Part shown: positions 19,123-29,180 of the stretch, piece after piece
Layout of the letters: each line of letters begins with the position of its first letter
Position numbering within the stretch: the first letter of the stretch is position 1
Origin: an uncultured Gammaproteobacteria bacterium
Lineage (GTDB): Bacteria > Patescibacteriota > Microgenomatia > Woykebacterales > RBG-16-39-9b
Reading direction: 5' to 3'
DNA: 64,000 nt
Assembly (NCBI GenBank): GCA_964360785.1
Contig: CAYHXX010000001.1
Span: 412,264-476,263 of the forward strand
Program-made: the position numbers and the translations under genes
The notes under the pieces: generated by a model
What the model saw: only the letters and a program-made list of their open reading frames with translations
Told to the model about the DNA's origin: nothing
The model's database searches: none

Positions 19123-20226
19123 TTAGACAGATGTTCCGACAGGTATCATTTCCATCCAAAATTGTCCGCGATTAAACTCGACCTCCTTGCCAGCTGCATC
19201 GAAAAACTTAGTTCGCGCTTCTCTTGAATCTTTTTTCCAACTACCATCAATCATACTACCGTCTCTAAATATCTTTGCTGCTCCAGAACCCACAGTCTGT
19301 ACATCTCTGTTAAACACCTTCGGGGTAACTTCCTTTAAACCTGAATAGTTTAAGAAAGCTATCACGACATTTTTCACTGTAATCTGAACATTATGCTCCG
19401 AATCGAGGTGGCTTTGCCCTCCATTTACTCTTTTATAAGTATTGGTTGTAGTATCGTAATCCCACCTAACTGAATAGGCTCCCTTAAGCCCAATATTAAT
19501 TGTTGGGTTCGTAGGAGGGTTAACTGGGGAATCTTCTTTGAATTTCCATGACTCGATACTTACGCCAGAATTCACATTTCTTTTATTCGTTACTTCCCAC
19601 AATTTATCCGTGTGCGAAAACCCGCAGTGCTCTGACCGACAATTTGGCGGCAAACGGTAAAATGCTGCTGTCCCGATTGCAAATTGATCCAAATCCTTTG
19701 CCCCAAAAGTTTTACCGGCCAAGGATCTCACGTACTCATTTCCTCCCCAATGTGCATAAGCAGCTTTGTACTCTATTGCCCAGTCAAAATAATATTCTCT
19801 CGCGCTTCTCACTGGCCCCATCTGAGTTGAGTTTGTCAAGAAAACCGCCACAAACCTTGTGATGTCTCCCTCTGCAAGAGCTTCGTAGACAATATCTGCT
19901 TTCGATAAGCCTTTCTGTGGTCGGGCAGAAGTTGAATTTTCTACCATTACAGCCAGCGGAACCCGATTTTGCCATACTTCAGCTTCTTTCTTCGGGTACA
20001 AAACGCCCGTGATCGGATTAGCTACTCTTGTCTCCTCTGGTTTTCCACTTATCAACTTACCTTTAGGCGAGATAGCCTGATCTAGACTCTCCAGTTTTTT
20101 GGAACCAACCAAATACCCTGACCAGGCAGAAACTCCAATCAATATCAGAAATAACCCAACTACAATTGCCTTCTTGGGGGCGGAGAGATGGGCAAACTTC
20201 TCTTTTAAGTAAGCAAACGATTTCAT
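19123..20226 (-). CDS. DUF3048-type protein
   Basis: PLAVMVEN..ARPQ.GL..ADIVYE..EG.ITRF; GPVRSAR. Confidence 0.85.
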   Translation of the reverse strand: MKSFAYLKEKFAHLSAPKKAIVVGLFLILIGVSAWSGYLVGSKKLESLDQAISPKGKLISGKPEETRVANPITGVLYPKKEAEVWQNRVPLAVMVENSTSARPQKGLSKADIVYEALAEGDITRFVAVFLTNSTQMGPVRSAREYYFDWAIEYKAAYAHWGGNEYVRSLAGKTFGAKDLDQFAIGTAAFYRLPPNCRSEHCGFSHTDKLWEVTNKRNVNSGVSIESWKFKEDSPVNPPTNPTINIGLKGAYSVRWDYDTTTNTYKRVNGGQSHLDSEHNVQITVKNVVIAFLNYSGLKEVTPKVFNRDVQTVGSGAAKIFRDGSMIDGSWKKDSREARTKFFDAAGKEVEFNRGQFWMEMIPVGTSV

Positions 20227-20370
20227 AACTTGAAATACTATAGAATCACCTTATTTTGCCTTAGAGAGTAACATAACTACTCGAAAATTTGCAAGAAGTG
20301 AGTTTAATACCTTGCGACGATCTTTTTTGTGTGCTAGCATTTCTTGCAGAAACAGATACTATTTCAGCTT

Positions 20371-20652
20371 ATGCCAAAGAAAACTCGACAAGAAAAAATC
20401 CTAGCTAGACTCAGACGTCTTGAAAGAGTCCAGGAACCTAAAACTGCAAACGAGCAAAATTTGGCAGGAACTACTGAAATTCCTAAAGTCTCCTTTCAAC
20501 TCAAAACAGAGACAAATCCAGCAGCGGCCTCAACTATTAAAGCTACCAGTTTTGACTACTCATACGTCTACAAAGACCTTACAAGATCTTTGATTTTTGC
20601 TGCTGTGGCAGTTATTATTCAGGTTGTCTTAGCAATATTTGTAATTAATTAA
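20371..20652 (+). CDS. Hypothetical protein with C-terminal TM
   Basis: MPKKTRQEK..., YSYVYKDL, then hydrophobic tail. Confidence 0.65.
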   Translation: MPKKTRQEKILARLRRLERVQEPKTANEQNLAGTTEIPKVSFQLKTETNPAAASTIKATSFDYSYVYKDLTRSLIFAAVAVIIQVVLAIFVIN

Positions 20653-20675
20653 AGTTTATTTGAACCTAATTGTGC

Positions 20676-20705
20676 TTGACAGGCTCAGATAAGGTATGCT
20701 ACGAT
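20676..20705 (+). promoter_or_regulatory. Sigma-70 promoter of the DUF5679 transcript
   Basis: TTGACA-N18-TACGAT with TG extended -10. Confidence 0.6.
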
Positions 20706-20903
20706 CATTTTCGAGGCTAGTTAGCCTCAAATTGTTTTTTTAAAGAAAGTATAGCTTTAAGCAAAGTAAAGCTTTCGGAAAAGTAACATCCTCTTTTACT
20801 ATTTTTATCCTCAATTGAAGGGAGGTGAATTAGGAAACAGTTAGTAGTAGCAGTAGCAGTAAACCCTGCATACAGCCTACTGTTTACTAATCCCTAGATA
20901 ACT

Positions 20904-21044
20904 ATGGCTTCAATGTATTGTGTTAAATGTCGTGCAAAGAAAGAAGTTGCCAACCCAGAGCAAGTAACCATGAAAAATGGTAAAAAAGCTCTTCGTGGTA
21001 CTTGTCCAGATTGTGGTACCAAAATGTTCAAGATTGGTGGTTAG
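20904..21044 (+). CDS. Small zinc-ribbon protein, DUF5679-like (46 aa)
   Basis: Hand translation MASMYCVKCRAKKEVANPEQVTMKNGKKALRGTCPDCGTKMFKIGG; two CxxC; below ORF-track cutoff. Confidence 0.85.
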   Translation: MASMYCVKCRAKKEVANPEQVTMKNGKKALRGTCPDCGTKMFKIGG

Positions 21045-21064
21045 TAATTTCTCACCGTCTTCAG

Positions 21065-21100
21065 AGAAACCCTTTTAGTATTTTGCTAGGGGGTTTTTCT
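21065..21100 (+). terminator. Intrinsic terminator (probably bidirectional)
   Basis: AAACCCTTTTAG-loop-CTAGGGGGTTT-TTCT between convergent genes. Confidence 0.7.
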
Positions 21101-21101
21101 G

Positions 21102-21707
21102 TTAAGCGGACAATTTTTCTTTGAGGAGGTGGTAGAAAGTTGGAAGCAGGGAAACAAAGATAATTACCGCTAAAACCGGCAAGATATACTTATCAACGTT
21201 GGGAATTGATTTGCCGGCAATATAACCTAGCGCTGTAATACCAATTGCCCATAAGAGACCACCAATAATATTATAGAAAAAGAAAGTGCTGTAGTTCATT
21301 CTGGCTGCCCCAGCAACGATTGGGGCAAAGGTTCGCACAATTGGGGTAAACCGGGCTAATATCAGTGTCTTTCCACCGTGTTTCTCGTAGAAAGCTTCCG
21401 CTTTTTGCAAATGTTTTTTGTGAAACCAGAAGGAGTCTTCCTTATTAAAGATCTTTGGTCCCAATCTTTTACCAAAAGCATAACCAACGTTGTCCCCCAA
21501 TACAGCCGCAACAAAACAACCAAAAGCTAAAGTATAGATATTGAAAAGCCCTGCGGAGGCTAAGAAACCGGCTGTAAAGAGCAGGCTATCTCCTGGCAGA
21601 AAAATTCCGATCAGTAGCCCAGATTCAGCAAAAACAATCCCGAAAACACCAAAGTATCCGATTGTTCTGATGAGATTTTCAAGGTCAAAATGTATTAGGG
21701 ATTCCAT
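21102..21707 (-). CDS. DedA/VTT family membrane protein
   Basis: FAESGL..FLPGDSLL, GDNVGY, ARFTPIVRTF. Confidence 0.92.
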   Translation of the reverse strand: MESLIHFDLENLIRTIGYFGVFGIVFAESGLLIGIFLPGDSLLFTAGFLASAGLFNIYTLAFGCFVAAVLGDNVGYAFGKRLGPKIFNKEDSFWFHKKHLQKAEAFYEKHGGKTLILARFTPIVRTFAPIVAGAARMNYSTFFFYNIIGGLLWAIGITALGYIAGKSIPNVDKYILPVLAVIIFVSLLPTFYHLLKEKLSA

Positions 21708-21708
21708 T

Positions 21709-23220
21709 CTAGGAGTCTGTTATTCTGTACTGTATTGCTTCGGCAATATGTTTACTTTTAATGTCGGTTGCACTTTCAAGGTCTGCAATAGTTCGTGCAA
21801 CTTTCAGTATTCTAACATAACCCCGGGCTGAGATCTGAAACCTGTTGATTGCAGATGTAATCAGACTCTTACTTTCTTCATCCAAAGTACAAATCTCCTT
21901 CACTTGCCTAGTGTTCATCTCTGAATTACTTATCAAATTCAGTTTTCTCAGGCGTGTTTGTTGAAGATCACGTGCTTTTTGGACTCTACTCCTTACTACT
22001 TTTGAGCTTTCACCAGATGGTAAATCTACTAACTCGTTTGTCCTCACAGCTGGTACATTGAGAAAGATATCTATCCGATCAAGAATTGGTCCAGACAAGC
22101 GTTTTTTGTATCTGGAAATTTGCCCTGGTAAACATGTACAGGTCTTAACATTATCGCCGAAATAACCACAGGGGCAGGGGTTGGCTGCCGCTACTAGTGT
22201 AAACTTTGCCGGAAATGAGACTGAACTACTTGCCCGGGAAACTGTTACAAAACCATCTTCAATCGGCTGACGCAGTGCTTCTAAAACACTTCGAGGAAAT
22301 TCTGGAAACTCATCGAGAAAAAGCACACCCCGATGGGCTAGGGATATTTCCCCAGGCTTTGGATTTGTCCCTCCACCAATTATCCCCACGCTACTTGCTG
22401 TATGATGGGGGGAGCGAAAAGGTCTTAGTGAGATCAAACCCTTCTCCACCCGTTTCAGAACTGAATATATTTTTGTAACTTCCACAGCTTCTGAGAAAGT
22501 TAGCTTGGGTAGTATTGAAGGAAAGGTCCGCGCCAAAAGCGTCTTTCCCGCTCCAGGAGGGCCTTGCAGTAACAAATTATGTCCCCCTGCAGCCGCTATT
22601 TCCAAAGCTCTTTTGGCCTGCTCCTGTCCTCTTACATCTTTCATATCAAACTCATCAGAAACATGATCATCAAACTGAAACGTGTTTTTCTCTAGTTTAT
22701 TTATTTCGGTTATCTTGGCAAGATGATCAAATATCTCTTTAATGCTCTTGGCTGGATAGATTGTTAAACCTTCAACAACTGAGGCCTCTATAGCATTCTC
22801 TGCCGGCAGAATAAGTTCCTTAAACCCAAACTCTTTTGCCATGGCAGCAAGTAGCAATGTGCCTTTGGTAGGGTTTATCGAACCATCGAGTGAAAGCTCC
22901 CCAAAAACTAGCGTGGATGAGAGGTCACAAACAAGCTGTCCAGAAGCAATCAAAATTCCGACTGCAATAGGCAGATCAAAAGCCGGTCCCTCTTTGGGTA
23001 AATCAGCTGGAGCAAGATTAACTGTAATTCTTTTTGCTGGAAAGTCAGCACCGGTATTTTTCAGAGCTGCTCGAACGCGTTCTTTTGATTCCTCAACTGC
23101 TTTGTCAGGCAATCCAACTATTGTAAAGGAAGGAAGACCTTGCGTAGCAATATCAACTTCGACCACCACTGGAAGCGCCGTCAAACCAACTACGGAACCC
23201 GAATTGATTTTTGCTAACAT
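21709..23220 (-). CDS. comM: YifB/ComM Mg-chelatase-like AAA+ ATPase
   Basis: GLPDKAVEESKERV, GPPGAGKT, PGEISLAHRGVLFLDE, NPCPCG; start set to MLAKINSG. Confidence 0.88.
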   Translation of the reverse strand: MLAKINSGSVVGLTALPVVVEVDIATQGLPSFTIVGLPDKAVEESKERVRAALKNTGADFPAKRITVNLAPADLPKEGPAFDLPIAVGILIASGQLVCDLSSTLVFGELSLDGSINPTKGTLLLAAMAKEFGFKELILPAENAIEASVVEGLTIYPAKSIKEIFDHLAKITEINKLEKNTFQFDDHVSDEFDMKDVRGQEQAKRALEIAAAGGHNLLLQGPPGAGKTLLARTFPSILPKLTFSEAVEVTKIYSVLKRVEKGLISLRPFRSPHHTASSVGIIGGGTNPKPGEISLAHRGVLFLDEFPEFPRSVLEALRQPIEDGFVTVSRASSSVSFPAKFTLVAAANPCPCGYFGDNVKTCTCLPGQISRYKKRLSGPILDRIDIFLNVPAVRTNELVDLPSGESSKVVRSRVQKARDLQQTRLRKLNLISNSEMNTRQVKEICTLDEESKSLITSAINRFQISARGYVRILKVARTIADLESATDIKSKHIAEAIQYRITDS

Positions 23221-23355
23221 AAATAATTTTTTTTGCAAAAACATGGCCATTAACAAGAAAATATTTTTGCAAGCATTGGCAAAAGTATAATCATTTTATT
23301 CTTAAAAACAAGATGTTTTCTTTATTTCAAACTAATTGTTATGATAAACAATAAT

Positions 23356-23736
23356 ATGACTGAAAAACCCAAACGAATACTGCTTGTTGAAGATGATGAT
23401 ATTTTGATAGATGTTTACAAACATTTTTTTGAAAAGTCTGGATTTTGGGTTTACACGGCCAATAATGGTCCTGACGCAGTCGCCTACTCTGAGAACCAAG
23501 ACTTTGATATTGTAGTATTGGATATTATTATCCCTGGCTTTGATGGATTCACTGTACTTCGGAAATTAAGAGAAAATCAAAAAACGGCTACTCTACCTGT
23601 TATGGTCATGACCAATCTTGATGAGGATAAGTACTTAACCAGAGCACTAAAACTCGGAGCTAGTGAGTATCTGATAAAAGCCAATACAACCCCTCAAGTT
23701 GCTGTCGATCATATAAAAACTATTATTGGTAAGTGA
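23356..23736 (+). CDS. Single-domain response regulator (REC only)
   Basis: ILLVEDD, LDIIIP.FDG, TN, YLIK. Confidence 0.9.
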   Translation: MTEKPKRILLVEDDDILIDVYKHFFEKSGFWVYTANNGPDAVAYSENQDFDIVVLDIIIPGFDGFTVLRKLRENQKTATLPVMVMTNLDEDKYLTRALKLGASEYLIKANTTPQVAVDHIKTIIGK

Positions 23737-23738
23737 GA

Positions 23739-24431
23739 TTAGATAGAAAATTCAATTACGACGTTTTCGTAAATAATTGTAAAGTTCTTTTCTGAAGTCG
23801 GAACTATGTAAGAAATAGTCATTTTTGTTGTTTCCGAAGGATTTATGCTCGAGTTGCTTGTCTGGGGAGAACCACCTTCGTAACCATAACCAGAGGTGTA
23901 TTGATTGTCCTTACTGTCTTTTAGTCGGAAACTGCTCGGTGAGTAATAAGCTACTTTGTCAGTAGTGTTCGTGACCGAGATTTTCAAAACGAGACTAGAT
24001 TGCTTGTAATACTCTGTATCGAGAGAGGCTGATTGTGACGCATTCTTTTCATAGTACTTCTTACTTTCTTCTTTTTGCTTCTCAAAGGTAGCATCATGTT
24101 TAGCTTCCTCAAGCTCAATTGCGATCCCATTTTTGGCTTTTACCTCTTCACCCAATTTTGCCTCTACCAGATCGGGAATATCTTCTTTTTCTTTTGTTTC
24201 TGATGCTGGCTTATCTGCTTTCTCGGCGACAACTTCTTTCCTAGCGCTGTCTTGGCCCAAAAAGTACGATCCGACTGAAAGTAACACCAATACCAGTACA
24301 CCAACCACAACAAGAACTATAAATTTTGTTTTCTGAAAGGTAATAGTTTTTGGAGGCGCTTTAGTGGGAGCGTCAAGATTGGTTTCTTCTTTTGTTGGTT
24401 CCGAAGGAACAGGGGCAGACTCTTCTGGCAT
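23739..24431 (-). CDS. DUF4352-like membrane-anchored protein
   Basis: Single TM then Ig-like LKISVTN...FRLKDS...INPSET. Confidence 0.7.
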   Translation of the reverse strand: MPEESAPVPSEPTKEETNLDAPTKAPPKTITFQKTKFIVLVVVGVLVLVLLSVGSYFLGQDSARKEVVAEKADKPASETKEKEDIPDLVEAKLGEEVKAKNGIAIELEEAKHDATFEKQKEESKKYYEKNASQSASLDTEYYKQSSLVLKISVTNTTDKVAYYSPSSFRLKDSKDNQYTSGYGYEGGSPQTSNSSINPSETTKMTISYIVPTSEKNFTIIYENVVIEFSI

Positions 24432-24476
24432 TGAGTATATTATTTGTTAATAACTAGGGATTGTCAAATATTTAAC

Positions 24477-25640
24477 TTAGATGAGATTTTTCTTGCGAGC
24501 CTCAGTATAAATTTGTTTTTTTGAAATTAACCAACCACCAAGACCAAGCAAGGTAGCGAAAAGGCCAACTAAACCACCTATCACTGGAATAATTGTTAAT
24601 ATTCCGTAGACAACTAAACCGATTAGCAAAGCCCAAACCTGATGAATTTTCCAACCAAATTTGCCCATTAACCATTCACCGATCAGGTAAGTGACTAGAA
24701 CTCGTACGAAATACAACAATATCCCATAAAGAGCGAGCAAAACAATTCCAAAAGGAATTCCAACTAGAGTTACCATCAAAACTACCGCCAGAATTGGAGT
24801 TAGTACTAATGCAAGAAACCCCACCCCCAAAGCTGACCAAGGTTGTTCTTTCAGCGTGTTCACACTTCTATCAAAGAATCCGGGTACAAATTTTATAAGC
24901 AACAGACCCATTACAAACCAAACAAGCAAGTTTGCAAGTTTTAAGGCCAATGAAAATCCGGCAATAATTCCTAAAATCTTTGTTTTATCAACATACGATC
25001 TGTTCGTTGGCGACGTTTTTTTGGTAATCTCACCGCTGACCAATGCCGAATCATCAATAGAGGCCTCGGTGTCGCTCCAATAGGTAATGTTACCTTTAAC
25101 TACTGCTTTCGACGTAAGTCTGAGCACACCAACACCAGCATCAACATCCCCACCAACACTACTATTTAGAGTTAAGGTTCCAGCACCGGAATTTATGGTT
25201 GTTCCAACTGGAGCGTTAACGTTAACATTCCCGCCAAAAGCTATAAGTGCTTTTCCAATTGACGCAGATTCTGTAATATCAACACTTCCGCCCGCCACTG
25301 TTAGATTTTTCCCGATCTTTCCGCTTATTCTTATTTGTCCACCTGTAACCCGAATATCATCGGAAACCTCCCCAGAAACAGTTACCTCGCCACCAGCTGC
25401 TATCAGATCTCCGTTTATCTTTCCAGTCACCAACAATACACCACCGGCAACAAAAACATCTCCGTTTACAGTCCCTGCAATTTCTACTCTTTCGTTTGCT
25501 GCAAAATAGGTTCTATTTACGGTTTCATTTTTCTCTATACTAGTAACTTGGACTTTTTTTGAATCGCTAGATTGCGCCGCAACAGTGGAAGTGATAAAAA
25601 GTAAGAAAATTAATGGAACTATCAACCAAAGTCTCTTCAT
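24477..25640 (-). CDS. Beta-helix (bactofilin-like repeat) protein with C-terminal TM domain
   Basis: Signal peptide, repeated G.V.GD....GG.V.I units, multi-TM C-terminus. Confidence 0.75.
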   Translation of the reverse strand: MKRLWLIVPLIFLLFITSTVAAQSSDSKKVQVTSIEKNETVNRTYFAANERVEIAGTVNGDVFVAGGVLLVTGKINGDLIAAGGEVTVSGEVSDDIRVTGGQIRISGKIGKNLTVAGGSVDITESASIGKALIAFGGNVNVNAPVGTTINSGAGTLTLNSSVGGDVDAGVGVLRLTSKAVVKGNITYWSDTEASIDDSALVSGEITKKTSPTNRSYVDKTKILGIIAGFSLALKLANLLVWFVMGLLLIKFVPGFFDRSVNTLKEQPWSALGVGFLALVLTPILAVVLMVTLVGIPFGIVLLALYGILLYFVRVLVTYLIGEWLMGKFGWKIHQVWALLIGLVVYGILTIIPVIGGLVGLFATLLGLGGWLISKKQIYTEARKKNLI

Positions 25641-25690
25641 TAGGCCAATAATATTACTTGGATACTGGTCTGTCAAGTCTCCTTTAACAA

Positions 25691-25725
25691 CAAAAAACTC
25701 AAACCATTATCAGCTTGAGTCTTTT
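25691..25725 (-). terminator. rnpB terminator
   Basis: ACTCAAGC-loop-GTTTGAGT-TTTTT on minus strand just after P1. Confidence 0.65.
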
Positions 25726-25727
25726 GG

Positions 25728-26130
25728 CGTTCAAAGGTAAATAATAAGCCAGATTCTGTTCTCCGCCAGATGGCGGATGATGGAAATCTATCTAAAGTTG
25801 ATCGTATTGGTCAACCTTTTCCGGTTTAGCCGGAATGCCCTCGACTTTGGTACTCAGGAAGCGCTGTCTTTGTCGTACCGTTCGGAGGTTACACCAAGGC
25901 GGATTGCCCGTTTCACTCTTTGACCAAATACTAGGGTCAAAGCTTCGTCACTGTTGCTCTCAGTAAATGTAATTTCACTTACTGTGTTGTCTGTCTCTCT
26001 AGTTAAGATACATACAACCACGAGACCTTGCGGCTAGCTGCTTACACAGCTCACTTTGCTTCGGGTGTCTGGACTTTCCTCTACCCCTAGCTTTAGCGGA
26101 GGGTAGTATCCATCCTTTTACCTTTGAACG
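25728..26130 (-). ncRNA. rnpB: RNase P RNA
   Basis: GAGGAAAGTCC, GAGCAACAG, GTGAAACGG, AGATAGAT, ACAGAATCTGGCTTA; perfect 14-bp P1 CGTTCAAAGGTAAA/TTTACCTTTGAACG. Confidence 0.95.
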
Positions 26131-26190
26131 AGCCTGATTATACCAGAAAAAGCTTCAATTTTCAAGTCGCTAAGGGTTATAATAAAGTTT

Positions 26191-27162
26191 ATGCCTGAAA
26201 TAATCATTTTCATCGTCGCCCTCCTTGCTGCTATTAGAGGCGCTGACTGGGTGGGAAAAGCTAGTATCTCATTTGCCAAACGTCTTGGGGTTTCCCAGTT
26301 TATCATTGGTGTAACCTTTGTCTCAATAGCCACAACTTTACCCGAACTAGCTGTCGCCTTTATTTCCGGAACCATAAACCACAATCCGCCGTTTGGTCTT
26401 GGTAATGTTTTAGGATCACCCATAATCAACCTAGGTCTCATACTGGGTTCTTTCTTTATTATCTCAAAGCACCAACCTTCCCTAGGCTATTATTCACGCG
26501 CAATCAATATTTTTATCATTGTTTCAGCTATCCTGTTGATTGCATCATTTTTTAGACCTATCGGTGGATTACTCAGTATATTTCTAATACTCTTTGGAGT
26601 AGCTTTTATAGTACTGGAGTTTCTTTTAAGTCAAAGAACTAAAAGTTTAATTGACGGTGTGGAAAACCGCTTTGATAAATTTATCAGTTTCTTTCACCTT
26701 GCTGGAAATAGAGACGTGATCTTAGAGTTTATTTTCGGAACGGCCTTGTTAATATTTGGTTGTAAGTTCTTGGTGGATTCTGGGGTTGCAATTGCCAACA
26801 ACGTTGGGGTCAACAGCTTCTTTATCTCAGCGACTGTACTCGCAGCCGGAACCTCACTACCTGAACTTGTGACTATGATCACTTCAGTAATAAAAAAACG
26901 AGATGGGATCTCAATCGGAAATTTAGTGGGAGCTTCTGTAATTGATGCCACGATTGGTGTTGGACTTGCCACAATCGCAAAACCGGCAGCTCTTACAACG
27001 GTTTTCAGTATTTTATTTTTTGTGACCATGATTGGACTTGGAATAGTCTGTTTGATAGCCCTTTGGCGACGTATAAAAATTGAGGTTATTGGGGGGATTC
27101 TAGTTGCTACGGCCTTAGCCTTTGTAATACTGCTTTCTTTACTTGAATTTACTTCTCGTTAG
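26191..27162 (+). CDS. Ca2+/Na+ antiporter (YrbG/CaCA family)
   Basis: Alpha repeats ATTLPE..GNVLGS and GTSLPE..GNLVG. Confidence 0.9.
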   Translation: MPEIIIFIVALLAAIRGADWVGKASISFAKRLGVSQFIIGVTFVSIATTLPELAVAFISGTINHNPPFGLGNVLGSPIINLGLILGSFFIISKHQPSLGYYSRAINIFIIVSAILLIASFFRPIGGLLSIFLILFGVAFIVLEFLLSQRTKSLIDGVENRFDKFISFFHLAGNRDVILEFIFGTALLIFGCKFLVDSGVAIANNVGVNSFFISATVLAAGTSLPELVTMITSVIKKRDGISIGNLVGASVIDATIGVGLATIAKPAALTTVFSILFFVTMIGLGIVCLIALWRRIKIEVIGGILVATALAFVILLSLLEFTSR

Positions 27163-28159
27163 AAAACTCAAATATATCCAATACTATAACTTGAATCATT
27201 GCCGCTGCTGGAACCGCGATTAAAGCACCAGGAAAACCGAATAAAGTTGCTCCAATCAAAAACGATAATATGGCAAACAAAGGGTTCAGACCAACAGCAG
27301 CTTGCATTATCTTTGGTACGAGTAGATTATTTTCAAGTTGCTGCACTATCACAAAAAGTACTAATACACCTACAGCAGAAACTGGGCTACCGCTGGCGAC
27401 AGTCACTAGAATTGATATCACCCCAGAAAGGATTGGTCCAATATTTGGTATAAACTCCAAGATCCCAGCCATAACTGCAAGCGGTAGGGCATAAGGAACT
27501 TTAAGCAGAGATAGACCAATGTAGGTAGCAAGTCCCACAATAAACATCAGAGCAATCTCACCTCGTACCCAATGGCCAAGCTGAACATCGACCTTGCTAG
27601 CCAAGTTTGTAACTCGTTCTTTTGGCAAAAAGGGTATTACAAAATGGAGATTCTTTTTGATCCGATCCCTCTCAAGAAGTAGATAAAAGCTTAAGACAGC
27701 GATGGTGATAAGATTGAAAACACCATTGATTGTTGTAAATACCACTCTCATCAAACTATCCAGTCCAGAAGCTAAATAGTTGGCTCCGACGCTGAAGACT
27801 TGTTTGTTCTCTATCCCAGGTACAAAACTCCCACCATATATCTCACTTATCTTCAACAAATAGTTCGGTAAAGCAATAATAAATTCTCTCAGTTGTATTA
27901 ACAAAGGCGGCAAGACTAGAAATAGTAGGAGCCCCCAAAAGATTACAGCCAATATATACGCTGATATCGCAGCTCCAACACGATTGAAACCTCGGGCTTG
28001 AAGAAAATCAGCAATCTGCGCAAAAGCGGTCATCAGGATAACAGAAGCTAGTATTAGTATGAAAACAAAGCGAAGCTGCCAAGCAACAAAAAAGGCAAGG
28101 AGAATTAGTATTGTTTTGAATATTGTACCTGTTGAGATTTCTACAACCTGTGGTTTCAC
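27149..28159 (-). CDS. AI-2E family transporter
   Basis: FIPNIGP, QQLENNLL.P.IM, GAL.AVP. Confidence 0.9.
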   Translation of the reverse strand: MKPQVVEISTGTIFKTILILLAFFVAWQLRFVFILILASVILMTAFAQIADFLQARGFNRVGAAISAYILAVIFWGLLLFLVLPPLLIQLREFIIALPNYLLKISEIYGGSFVPGIENKQVFSVGANYLASGLDSLMRVVFTTINGVFNLITIAVLSFYLLLERDRIKKNLHFVIPFLPKERVTNLASKVDVQLGHWVRGEIALMFIVGLATYIGLSLLKVPYALPLAVMAGILEFIPNIGPILSGVISILVTVASGSPVSAVGVLVLFVIVQQLENNLLVPKIMQAAVGLNPLFAILSFLIGATLFGFPGALIAVPAAAMIQVIVLDIFEFSNEK

Positions 28160-28161
28160 AA

Positions 28162-29139
28162 CTAAATTCTATCAGATTCTGAAGCTTTCAACCACTGCGA
28201 AACTAACTCGGCTACTTCGTTTTCAAGATTTTCAACCAAAATGTCATACCAGTAGATACTCTGGTCACGTTTAAACCAAGTTAGTTGTCTTCTGATATAG
28301 CCATGTAGATCAAATTTTATCCTCTGCTTAGCTTCGTTTAAACCTAAGTTTCCTTTTATATAAGCAGCAACTTGGCGATAACCAAGAGAAGTCATAGCTG
28401 GTAGATCAATCGAATAGTCTTTTAATAAGTTCTTAACTTCCTCAACAAACCCAGTCTCAAACCACTTTTCCACTCTAATGTCGTTTCGATCATACAGATT
28501 TTCTCTCTCACAAGTTAACCCAATCTTCAAAATTTCAAAAGGAACTTTGTATCTTTTTTGCAAACTACTAAAACTTTCACCAGTTTGTCGATAAACTTCC
28601 AACGCCCGAATTATTCTTCGTTTATTGTTCTTATCTACTTTCTCGAAGTAGTTGGGGTCAACTTTTTCTAGCTCCAGGAGCAAATCCTCAAGTTTCTGGT
28701 GCTCAAGTTCTTCTCGCAATCTTTGGTCTGGAGCAACTTTGGGAATTTTCAGACCCTCAGTTACTGCTTGGATATATAGCCCAGTACCGCCTACTAGTAT
28801 TGGTAACTTATTTCTAGAATGAATGTCTTTAATTTTTTCTAAGGCTAGTTGTTGATACTCAGCCAAGGAAAAGCGCTCATCTGGTTTGACTATGTCATAA
28901 AGATAAACAGGAATCTGGTCAAAAACCCATTTTCCACTTTCTTTCTGAATCTTCCCTCCTGCTTTCTGCTCACTGCTCACTGTTCCCTGACTTTCCTTCC
29001 CAGTTCCAATATCCATGCCAATATAAACCTGTCGGCTGTCAGCACTGACAATTTCCCCATCAAATTTTTTTGCGAGCGTTAGCGCGATATCAGTTTTTCC
29101 GGTTCCCGTCGGCCCACAAATAACTAGTAATTTATGCAT
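28162..29139 (-). CDS. miaA: tRNA dimethylallyltransferase
   Basis: GPTGTGKT, SADSRQVY, VGGTGLY, RRQLTWF. Confidence 0.95.
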   Translation of the reverse strand: MHKLLVICGPTGTGKTDIALTLAKKFDGEIVSADSRQVYIGMDIGTGKESQGTVSSEQKAGGKIQKESGKWVFDQIPVYLYDIVKPDERFSLAEYQQLALEKIKDIHSRNKLPILVGGTGLYIQAVTEGLKIPKVAPDQRLREELEHQKLEDLLLELEKVDPNYFEKVDKNNKRRIIRALEVYRQTGESFSSLQKRYKVPFEILKIGLTCERENLYDRNDIRVEKWFETGFVEEVKNLLKDYSIDLPAMTSLGYRQVAAYIKGNLGLNEAKQRIKFDLHGYIRRQLTWFKRDQSIYWYDILVENLENEVAELVSQWLKASESDRI

Positions 29140-29180
29140 GAGCGGATTTTAACATAATGAACAAAAAGAAAAGCAGGCTA

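Noticed and set aside
20841-20861. TAGTAGTAGCAGTAGCAGTA micro-repeat as possible CRISPR or SSR
   Set aside because: Too short, no spacers; explained as the 5' arm of the leader hairpin
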